DNA from: Candidatus Binatia bacterium | GTDB lineage: Bacteria > Desulfobacterota > Binatia > UBA9968 > JAJDTQ01 | Direction of reading: 5' to 3' | Length of the DNA stretch: 64,000 bases | NCBI GenBank assembly: GCA_963666515.2 | Contig: OY762897.2 | Coordinates: 1,280,001 to 1,344,000 of the forward strand | In this document: positions 51,984 through 59,933 of the stretch, one piece after another | Layout of the letters: each line of letters opens with the position of its first letter | Position numbering within the stretch: position 1 is the first letter of the stretch | The notes under the pieces: generated by a model | What the model saw: only the letters and a program-made list of their open reading frames with translations | What the model was told of the DNA's origin: nothing | Databases searched by the model: none | Translations under genes and position numbers: made by a program

Positions 51984-53970
51984 ACTGAAGTTCTGAGGCC
52001 AAGACAGCGTAAGTGGTTGAATTTAGGGGGAATAGGATTGAGACGGCAGTACGGGTTCTGACTACACGGGGAGTTTGAGGTGGAGGAGTTCCAAGGCGAG
52101 GCGTTGGAGGTCGGTGGGGAGGGTGAGTTGTTGGAAGGTCAGCTTTGAGCCTTGGAGTTGAAGGGTATTGCGGGTGAGGGTGGCCAAGTGGCGGAGCAGA
52201 CCGCGGAAGTGGTGCACGGGTTGCCCCTGTGGGGTTCGGCGGGTGGCGGCTTTGCGCTCGGAGCTGTGGGAGGGCACGCTGGGGCTGACGGGGGAGGGGC
52301 GGCGGCGAGCGGCGTCCTGGGGGTCGTCTTCGGCGAACAAGAGTGGAGCCCAGGCTCGCCGCATGTGCCACTCGACGTAGTAGGCGAGCATGCACAGGAA
52401 GACGTGGGCGCGCACGCGCTGGGACAGGCGGTGGTGGATCGGGCGCACGTGGAGGTCCACGGTCTTGAGGCATCGGAAGGCGCGCTCGACTGCGGCGAGG
52501 CGTTTATAGGCGCTGACGGTGGAAGCGGCATCGAGGAGGGGCTCAGGGACGGAGGTGCGGATGACGTAGAGGCCGTCGAGGCGGGCCTCTTGAGCGATGG
52601 CGTCGGATTTGCGCTGATAGCGGAACGAGGACTCGGTGACGGTCATGTCGAAGTGCTTGGCCATCTTGAAGCGGCCCAACACCCGGCCCACCCGCAGTGC
52701 GATGGCGCTCTCACCGCGAAGCGGTCGTTTGGGGCGTTGGGTGGCCCGGACGATCTTGTCCAGTTCCTGCTCGGTGGCGTCCAGCAGGGCTTGGCGTTTG
52801 CGCCGACGCTCCTGGCGCAGCAGGGGGTTGAGGCAGGCGATGAGGCGTTCGCCGGGGAAGTCTGGATGAGCGATTTCAGCCAGGTCGGTGTGGTCGAACA
52901 GGGACGACTGCAAGGGGCCTTGGTCTTGGGCGAGCTTGGCGACGGCATCGTTGCGTAGTGCACTGATCCAGTCCAGACCCTCCACCGGGCGCAGTTCCTC
53001 GTCGATGCGCGCACTGGTCAACATTCCCCGATCGCCGACGAACACCACACGTTCGAGCCCGAAGCGCTCGCGGACCTTGTGGATCTGGTCCGCCAAAGTG
53101 CTCGGGTCAGCGGTGTTGCCCTCGTAGACCTCCACCGCCACCGGACAGCCGTCGGCGTTGCACAGTAACCCGTAGACGATCTGCAGCTTGCCTTTCTTGC
53201 CGTCCCGCGAGTAGCCGATGCGCCCCAGCGGGCAGCGCCGCCCTTCGAGATAGCTCGAAGTCACGTCGTAGAGCACCAGCGTGCCGTGGTGGAGATGGCG
53301 CTTGGCCAGACTGCGTTCGATGCGCCCCTGACGCTCCCCTAGCCAGTCCATGGCCTCATACAACTCTTCGGCCTGCACCGCCTCAAGGCCGAGTTCCTCG
53401 CCCAGGGTGGACGTCGCACTCTCGGCATCCAACGCCCGCGCCGTGGCCAGCTTCGAGTCCGGACACAGCACCCGGGACACGATCAAGGCCACACTACGGT
53501 CGCGTTGGACGCTGTGCCGAGAGTCCAGCAGCCGCTCCAGCCCCAGCGTCTTGACCGTGCCCAGCACCGCAGCCACGTGTCCATGGGGACGAGAGCGCAA
53601 CACTTGCAATGCCTCCTCGGCCGGCACCAGGGTCTTGCCGCCGAGTGCGAGGCGCACCAGTTCCACCACCGAATCGGGCAGGTGGGAGAGGTTGCCGACG
53701 GTTTCGTTTTTGACCTTGCCGTTTTCGCGGTAGGAGCGCCTGAGCAGGTGGGTGGTGTAGACTCGGTCTTTGTATCGACGCGTGGTAGTAACGACGTGTA
53801 CGGCGGCCTTGCGTCTTGGCATACATGGGATTGTAGCACAATCACCGAATCAGTCAAGCCTATTTAGTGACTACATGTTACGCCTGAAATCTGCCCTTGA
53901 ATCTCCAAATGTCTATCCAATACAATGAGTTAGAGGCTGTCAGGCCGGAATCCGGCCCCAGAACTTCAGT
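51984..53970 (-). mobile_element. IS1634-family-like insertion sequence, copy B
   Basis: 17-bp IRs ACTGAAGTTCTGAGGCC / GGCCCCAGAACTTCAGT (1 mismatch); CTAA direct repeats at 51980-83 and 53971-74. Confidence 0.92.
52062..53822 (-). CDS. IS1634-family DDE transposase
   Basis: LLRRSYRENGKVKNETVGNLS, LYDVTSSY, GYSRDGK, VGDRGM, VERAFR. Confidence 0.92.
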   Translation of the reverse strand: MPRRKAAVHVVTTTRRYKDRVYTTHLLRRSYRENGKVKNETVGNLSHLPDSVVELVRLALGGKTLVPAEEALQVLRSRPHGHVAAVLGTVKTLGLERLLDSRHSVQRDRSVALIVSRVLCPDSKLATARALDAESATSTLGEELGLEAVQAEELYEAMDWLGERQGRIERSLAKRHLHHGTLVLYDVTSSYLEGRRCPLGRIGYSRDGKKGKLQIVYGLLCNADGCPVAVEVYEGNTADPSTLADQIHKVRERFGLERVVFVGDRGMLTSARIDEELRPVEGLDWISALRNDAVAKLAQDQGPLQSSLFDHTDLAEIAHPDFPGERLIACLNPLLRQERRRKRQALLDATEQELDKIVRATQRPKRPLRGESAIALRVGRVLGRFKMAKHFDMTVTESSFRYQRKSDAIAQEARLDGLYVIRTSVPEPLLDAASTVSAYKRLAAVERAFRCLKTVDLHVRPIHHRLSQRVRAHVFLCMLAYYVEWHMRRAWAPLLFAEDDPQDAARRRPSPVSPSVPSHSSERKAATRRTPQGQPVHHFRGLLRHLATLTRNTLQLQGSKLTFQQLTLPTDLQRLALELLHLKLPV

Positions 53971-54306
53971 CTAAATAATCCCGCTTCTTCCTGATCCGAG
54001 CGCCCCGATTTCGCACGACAACACGCATGATAGCCAGTATCCCCAGGCAACGCCCCAGCACGTCTTCATCATATTCTACGCCTTCGTGCCTCGCCACATC
54101 AGAAAACCGCTTAATCTTAACGCGAGAATAAGTAATATGCATCCCACCAGAAGCGGTGACGCTCTCAGATATCGTATCTTGGCTGTGTCAACCAAAATTG
54201 GTCATTTGCCGCAACAGTTCCGGGGACGAGGCGAGGGGGACACGGTGCGGCTGGGACTTCTTTCCCTTCAGACGAAGAATGCCTTGGCGAGTAGGCTGAC
54301 CACACC

Positions 54307-54584
54307 GGAGAGCATGGCCATGTGGAAATTACAGCGCTTCTTCCGTCGCAGGCGAAAAGATGGGTCTACGACGGTCGTTTCCGCGGCCCGGCCGCCGATG
54401 TCCGGCCCGTTGATAGCCTTGCCCACGTCTGCCACGCTGGTATAGCGCTGGAGCATCACTTGGCCGGTGTCGGCGTCGACGGCCAACATGGCTCCGCCGA
54501 TACCCACTTCCCAGAAGATCGGCAGAATCGGCGAGATGCCGCTGTCGGCACGGACGTAGCCGCGCCCGATCAACTCGCCGCCGG
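54307..54584 (-). repeat. Inverted, internally deleted duplicate of xdh fragment (25879-26054) fused to 26704-26809
   Basis: Translates GGELIGRGYVRA..ISPILPIFWEVG..VADVGKAIN, then joins through AAC to the sequence around the 26749 stop. Confidence 0.9.
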
Positions 54585-54595
54585 ACAAGATGGCG

Positions 54596-54691
54596 CCCTT
54601 CGACTTCGCTTCGCTACGCTCAGGGCGAATGAGTCAAGAAAGTCTGACAAAAGTCCGTTCGCCCTGAGCGTAGCGAAGCGAAGTCGAAGGG
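54596..54691. repeat. Second REP-like family: perfect 34-bp inverted repeat with 28-nt spacer
   Basis: CCCTTCGACTTCGCTTCGCTACGCTCAGGGCGAA and its reverse complement. Confidence 0.88.
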
Positions 54692-54733
54692 TATCTGGTT
54701 TCAGTGTCTGTCTCTGATGTGGCGTCCGGCGAA

Positions 54734-56242
54734 TCAGCAGCTCTCCTTGATGAAATCCGCCACGCGCTCGCCGATCATCATGCAGGTCACGTTGGTGTTG
54801 GCGTGGGTGACCGTGGGCATGATGGAGGCGTCGGCCACCCGCAGGTTGTCGATGCCGTGAACCCGTAGCTGCTCGTCCACCACGGTCATGTTGTCGGACG
54901 CGGGACCCATGAGGCAGGTGCCGGCGGCATGGTGGTAGCTGTCCAGGGTCGAGCGCGCCCACCGGCCCCAGTCCTCACCGCGCCTGGGCTGGATCGGCGG
55001 GCCGTAGAACTCGGGCATGTCGCCGGTCTGGGTCAGCAGGTCCAGGAACTCCATGGTCGCCACCACGGCCGCGACGTCGCCGGGATGTTCCAGCATCCGC
55101 GCGTCCACCCCCGGCAGTTCGTGCGGGTCGGCGCTCTGGAGGAAGACCCGGCCGCGGTTCCGTTGCTCCAGCAGCGCCGCGGAGATGTTGAGGGTCCGGC
55201 CCACGCCCTCCAGCACCGTGGGCGGCCGCATGAAGACGTGGAAATCGCCGGTCTCCCGTGACGGGTCGCTCTTGGTGATCAGCCGGAAGGGCGGCACCAC
55301 CCAGTCCACCTCGAAGGCGCCGCGTCCCTCGAAAGCCATGTGCAGCATGGCGTGGTCCTGGTAGTTCTCGCCCACGCCGGGGCGGTCGTGCTGCACCTCG
55401 ATGCCGTGCCGCTGCAGCTCCGCGGCCGGCCCGATGCCGGAGAGCATCATGATGTGGGGGCTGTGGAACGCCCCCGCGGTCAGCACCACCTCGGCGCCGG
55501 CCGCGGTGTGCCGCTGCCCGTCCTTCTCGTAGTTCACCCCCGTCACGCGGTTGCCCGACAGGGAAAGCGAGACCACCGGCGCCTCGGCGATGACGGTGAG
55601 GTTGGGCCGGCCTCGGGCGGCCTCCAGGTACGCCACCGTGGTGGACTGCCGCATGCCGTCCTTGATGTTGTAGGGGGAGGTGCAGAGCCCCCAGGGATTG
55701 GGATCGTTGACGTCGCCTTGCGGCAGCCCGAGTTCCCGCGCCGCGTCCATGAAGACCTGCACCGCCTTGGGGACCTCCTGGCCGAAGAGGTAGTGGCGCT
55801 CGAAGTAGAGCGGCCCGCCGTGACCGTGGTCGGGGCTGTCGGGGTTATCCTGGTCGTTCTCGAGGCGTTTCAGCACCGGCAGGACGTGCTCCCACGACCA
55901 GGAAGGGTTCCCGGCCGCAGCCCACGCGTCCATGTCCGCCTTGATCGGGCGGATCACCGACATCACGTTTACCGAGGAGCCGCCGCCCATGATCTTTCCG
56001 GCCAGGGAATAGAAGGTGCTGCCGTCGACCCTGCGCTCGCTCGGGTACATGTTGATGTAGGGCGTCTCCAGGAGCAGCCGCACCCTCCCGGCCGCCTGCG
56101 CCACCAGTTCGGGGATGGGCAGCGGGTCGGGGCCGGCCTCCAGCAGCAGGACCTTTCGGTTCGGGTCCTCGGAAAGACGCGCCGCGGCCGCGCAGCCCGC
56201 GGAGCCGCCGCCCACCAGAATCACATCGTAGTCGTTTGCCAT
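54734..56242 (-). CDS. GMC oxidoreductase
   Basis: GGGSAG, LLEAG, GGGSSVN, GENYQDH, HAAGTC, LRVADASIMP..HANTN. Confidence 0.93.
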   Translation of the reverse strand: MANDYDVILVGGGSAGCAAAARLSEDPNRKVLLLEAGPDPLPIPELVAQAAGRVRLLLETPYINMYPSERRVDGSTFYSLAGKIMGGGSSVNVMSVIRPIKADMDAWAAAGNPSWSWEHVLPVLKRLENDQDNPDSPDHGHGGPLYFERHYLFGQEVPKAVQVFMDAARELGLPQGDVNDPNPWGLCTSPYNIKDGMRQSTTVAYLEAARGRPNLTVIAEAPVVSLSLSGNRVTGVNYEKDGQRHTAAGAEVVLTAGAFHSPHIMMLSGIGPAAELQRHGIEVQHDRPGVGENYQDHAMLHMAFEGRGAFEVDWVVPPFRLITKSDPSRETGDFHVFMRPPTVLEGVGRTLNISAALLEQRNRGRVFLQSADPHELPGVDARMLEHPGDVAAVVATMEFLDLLTQTGDMPEFYGPPIQPRRGEDWGRWARSTLDSYHHAAGTCLMGPASDNMTVVDEQLRVHGIDNLRVADASIMPTVTHANTNVTCMMIGERVADFIKESC

Positions 56243-56326
56243 GGCATCCTCTTTTCAGGTGTGAGTACCATCTCCGTATCAACTCTGCGTTTGGCGTTCA
56301 ACAATGGTCGCCAGAGCATTTTTTTC

Positions 56327-56356
56327 TTGACAACCAACTCGCCGCGGAACTAGACT
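56327..56356 (+). promoter_or_regulatory. sigma70-type promoter of candidate ncRNA
   Basis: TTGACA-18 nt-TAGACT, preceded by a T-tract. Confidence 0.7.
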
Positions 56357-56361
56357 CATCT

Positions 56362-56753
56362 CGGCTCGTTCGCGAACGGGCAAGAGCCCGAGACCCCACG
56401 CGCGTCGGTTCCCGGGCTCGGTCATCAAAGCCTCAGGAGGTGTCAGATGACGAAAACCAGCCCACCCGACTATAAGCGCCCGTGAAAGCGGGCGGACTGG
56501 TTCCCGGTGCTTGGCCGGACGCGGTTTCCCGGCTGACCGTCCCGACTCGGGTGTTGGATATAACACAGCGGCATAGCCGTCGGGCACGCCGCGACTCCAG
56601 GGGACAGGCAGCGGAGGAGGGCGTCAAGGGCCCATCCCGGAAGACCGCACAAGGCGGAGACCAAACGGGGAACCACGGAAACGCAGAAAACCTTACCGGC
56701 GTCGATGAACGCCAGGGGCGGGCTCTCCCACCGGAGGAGAGCCCGTTTTCTTT
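56362..56753 (+). ncRNA. Candidate large structured RNA of unknown class
   Basis: Own promoter and terminator, at least 8 hairpins, no credible long ORF. Confidence 0.55.
56719..56753 (+). terminator. Intrinsic terminator
   Basis: CGGGCTCTCC-7 nt loop-GGAGAGCCCG followed by TTTTCTTT. Confidence 0.85.
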
Positions 56754-56793
56754 ATGAGATACTGTCTTTGCAGGACCTGACGGGGGAAGAGCC

Positions 56794-57135
56794 ATGGCAA
56801 CGGAGCAAACGGAGATCACCGGCTATCACGCCCACGTCTATTACGATCCCGGCACTAGGGAGACGGCCGGACGCGTGCGGGAGGGGCTGGGCGCCCGTTT
56901 CGACGTTGTGCTGGGGCGCTGGCACGACGTGCCGGTAGGCCCGCATCCCAAGGCCATGTACCAGGTGGCCTTCACGCCCGGCGAGTTCGCCAACGTGGTT
57001 CCGTGGCTGATGGTCCATCGGGAAGGTCTGGACATCCTGGTCCACCCCAGCACCGGCGAGCACGTGGGCGACCACCGGGACCGCGCCCTGTGGCTGGGCA
57101 CGCCGCTGCCGCTGAGGCTGGGCAGGTTCGGCTGA
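56794..57135 (+). CDS. DOPA 4,5-dioxygenase family protein
   Basis: YHAHVYY, PVGPHP..MYQ, LVHP.TG...DH...ALWLG. Confidence 0.9.
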   Translation: MATEQTEITGYHAHVYYDPGTRETAGRVREGLGARFDVVLGRWHDVPVGPHPKAMYQVAFTPGEFANVVPWLMVHREGLDILVHPSTGEHVGDHRDRALWLGTPLPLRLGRFG

Positions 57136-57186
57136 CCTTCGGGCTCCGTCCGCCGAATCAGACAAGCCGTCCGGCGGTCCGCCGTC

Positions 57187-57657
57187 TCAGATGACGTCTC
57201 CGCCGCCGTCCCGCACCCTGAGCTTCGCCTCGATGAATTCCTTGTGCGGCACGCCGATGAGGTTGGCGATCTTGCGGACCAGGTACTCCTCGTGCTCGTC
57301 CGCGTTCTCGTCCGCGTAGGCGACGGCCCACAGGTACTCCACCACCTTCCGCTTCTGTTCCTCGGAGAAGCCCGTCTTGATGAGCGATGTGAACTGGTAG
57401 TGGTCGATGGCGTCGTCGGCCTCGGCTTCGGCCAGCTCCACCAGGTCGTGGGTCTCTTCGGGGGTGAGATCGAACTTTTCCTGCAAGGCCGCCACCACCA
57501 CCGCGCGTTCGCCCTCTGTGACCTCCACGTCCGTACGCATCATCTCGATGAGCAATGCGCCGGTGGCCACCTGGAGGCGATGCCGGTCCGACAGCCGGAC
57601 GTCGCGGTGGCCCGGGTCGATGCGTCCGTCGAAAAACCGCTGGATGGCTCGGAGCAT
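57187..57657 (-). CDS. TerB family protein
   Basis: ATGALLIEM..D....E, LWAVAYAD...HEEYLVRKIANL. Confidence 0.85.
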   Translation of the reverse strand: MLRAIQRFFDGRIDPGHRDVRLSDRHRLQVATGALLIEMMRTDVEVTEGERAVVVAALQEKFDLTPEETHDLVELAEAEADDAIDHYQFTSLIKTGFSEEQKRKVVEYLWAVAYADENADEHEEYLVRKIANLIGVPHKEFIEAKLRVRDGGGDVI

Positions 57658-58241
57658 TACGCACCCGCACCGTTGAGGAAGCGCACCTGGTAGTCCTTCC
57701 ACTTGTCCGCGGGACGGGTGATGTCTCCGGCATAGGTGCCGAAGCGGCCGCGGCGGCGGTCCCTGAAGTAGAGTTTCAGGGTCTGGTCCACCACCGGGAA
57801 GGCGATCCGGTCCCAGGGAACGTCTTCCTCGCGACACAACCGCACATCGAGGCTCTCCTCGCCGGGTCCGAACTCGCGCTCCCGCAGGGCGCCGCGGAAG
57901 ATCACGTAGACTTGGTTGATCTGCGGCAGGTTGATGAGGGTGTAGAGCTCCGATATCTCCACGTCGGCCAAGGCCTCCTCGCGGGTTTCCCTGGCGGCGC
58001 CCTCGATGGTGGTCTCGTAGTCCTCCAGGAAACCCGCGGGCAGGGTCCAGAACCCGTAGCGCGGCTCGATGGCGCGGCGGCACAACAGGATCGTGTCCTC
58101 CCACTCGGGGATGCAGCCGACCACGATCTTGGGGTTGGTGTAGTGGATGGTGTTGCAGGAGCCGCACACGTGCCGGGGCAGGTTGTCGCCCTCCGGAATA
58201 CGAAGCTCCACGGGCGCGGCGCAGGCGCTGCAGTAATTCAT
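57657..58241 (-). CDS. NUDIX hydrolase with N-terminal Zn ribbon
   Basis: CSAC..CGSC, LPAGFLE..E...GAARETREE. Confidence 0.92.
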   Translation of the reverse strand: MNYCSACAAPVELRIPEGDNLPRHVCGSCNTIHYTNPKIVVGCIPEWEDTILLCRRAIEPRYGFWTLPAGFLEDYETTIEGAARETREEALADVEISELYTLINLPQINQVYVIFRGALREREFGPGEESLDVRLCREEDVPWDRIAFPVVDQTLKLYFRDRRRGRFGTYAGDITRPADKWKDYQVRFLNGAGA

Positions 58242-58422
58242 GAGGCAACCTTGGGCGCCGTTCCAGCGCCGGACGCAGCGTCACCACGTCCGCACGGCTT
58301 GCCGGCTGGCCATACCATAGGGTGGGTACTATAGGGTGATCGCCCCGGAGGGTCAATCCGAACGGGATCTCATGCTATACACGACCGAGACCCAGTGTGA
58401 CGCGCCACGCCAGGGAGGTATC

Positions 58423-59865
58423 GTGTCGAGTCTGCCCGAACGCCTTGAAACATGGTTCCGCGAAGCGGCGCCCGCGATCCGCTTCTGCTCGCTCCGCTAC
58501 GTGAGCGAACGCTCCGAGAGCCTCAGTGTGCGGCGCGGCGTGGTGGAGCCCATCGCGTCGGGAGACGATGCCGGCGTCATGATCACCGTGGCGGACGGAG
58601 ACGGACACGGCTACGCGGGCACATGCGACCTGAGCCCGGACGGGCTCCGGCGCGCGCTGGACCGCGCCCGGGACTGGGCGGCGCGGAGCGCGGAATGCAT
58701 GGCATTTCCCGCGGCGCCGTTGCAGGCGCCGTGCCGGGGCGACTACCGGACGCCGGTGGCGATTCCGTGGGATTCGGTTCCGTTGCGAGACAAGATCGAC
58801 CTGCTCCGCGCCCAGAGCGACCGCCTGCATACGGACGCGCGCATCGTGGACTGGGACGCTTCGCTCTGGCACGTGGAGACCGAAACCCTCTACCTGACCG
58901 CGGACGGCGCCCACGTGCACCAGACCTTGAATCACTTGGTGCCGGGCTTGGGCTGCACCGCCAACGACGGCCCGGAGACCGTGAGCCGCACCTTCGGCGG
59001 CCGGGGCTTCTGCCGCCAGGGCGGCCTGGAGGTGCTGGATCAGGTCGGGTTCCGCGACGCGGCGCCGGTTCTGGCGGAGGAAGCACTGGAGCTTTTGACG
59101 GCCCCCAATTGCCCGACCGGGACCATGGACCTCCTGCTCGCGCCCGACCAGCTCATCCTTCATATCCACGAGTCCATCGGCCACCCGCTGGAGTTGGACC
59201 GCATCCTGGGCGACGAGCGCAACTACGCGGGCACGAGCTTCGTGACGCCCGACATGTTCGGTAAGTACCGCTACGGGTCCGAGCTTCTGAACGTCACCTT
59301 CGATCCAGGCGACCCGGGCCAGTTCGCCAGCTACGGCTTCGACGACGAGGGCCTGCCGGTCGGCCGTGAGCACATCATCAAGGACGGCGTGCTCCTGCGG
59401 GGCCTCGGCGGACACCTGTCACAGCAGCGCACCGGCCTTCCGGGGGTGGCCAACTCCCGAGCCACGAGCTGGAACCGTCCGCCCATCGACCGCATGGCCA
59501 ACCTGAACCTGGAGCCCGGAGACTCCACGCTGGAGGAAATGGTCCGCTCCATCGAGTATGGCGTCTTCATGCAGACCAACTGCTCATGGTCCATCGACGA
59601 TTCGCGCAACAAGTTCCAGTTCGGCTGCGAGCGAGGCACGATGATCCGGGACGGCGAGCTGCGGGAGGTGGTGAAGAAGCCCAACTACCGCGGCGTGTCG
59701 GCCACCTTCTGGCGGAACCTGACCCGCGTGGGCAATCCCGATACGCGAGAGGTGCTGGGCACGCCGTTTTGCGGCAAGGGCGAGCCCAACCAGGTGATCC
59801 GCGTCGGCCACGCTGCGCCCGCGTGCGTGTTCAGCGGCGTGCAGGTCTTCGGCGGAGAGTCCTGA
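58423..59865 (+). CDS. tldD: TldD metalloprotease subunit
   Basis: GGAGG RBS + GTG; HESIGH, DDEG, PIDRMANL, CGKG. Confidence 0.88.
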   Translation: MSSLPERLETWFREAAPAIRFCSLRYVSERSESLSVRRGVVEPIASGDDAGVMITVADGDGHGYAGTCDLSPDGLRRALDRARDWAARSAECMAFPAAPLQAPCRGDYRTPVAIPWDSVPLRDKIDLLRAQSDRLHTDARIVDWDASLWHVETETLYLTADGAHVHQTLNHLVPGLGCTANDGPETVSRTFGGRGFCRQGGLEVLDQVGFRDAAPVLAEEALELLTAPNCPTGTMDLLLAPDQLILHIHESIGHPLELDRILGDERNYAGTSFVTPDMFGKYRYGSELLNVTFDPGDPGQFASYGFDDEGLPVGREHIIKDGVLLRGLGGHLSQQRTGLPGVANSRATSWNRPPIDRMANLNLEPGDSTLEEMVRSIEYGVFMQTNCSWSIDDSRNKFQFGCERGTMIRDGELREVVKKPNYRGVSATFWRNLTRVGNPDTREVLGTPFCGKGEPNQVIRVGHAAPACVFSGVQVFGGES

Positions 59866-59933
59866 CCGCGCGGTGTGGACGTCGCCCGTGCGGATCTGAA
59901 ATCCGCCCTTGCGACGCAACGTATTGAAACGCC

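Noticed and set aside
26800-54600. Prophage, ICE or integron interpretation of the two islands
   Set aside because: No integrase, phage structural, conjugation or attC-like features seen; core genes lie between the islands.
56443-56475. tmRNA-like tag frame (SDDENQPTRL*)
   Set aside because: No ALAA-type end and no tRNA-like acceptor/T-arm or CCA.
56628-56697. Resemblance to 16S rRNA motifs (CCGCACAAG...AACCTTACC)
   Set aside because: Only two short words match, the intervening sequence differs, and no other rRNA features are present; treated as coincidence.
56362-56753. CsrB/RsmZ-type sRNA
   Set aside because: GGA triplets are present but mostly not in repeated ANGGA hairpin loops.
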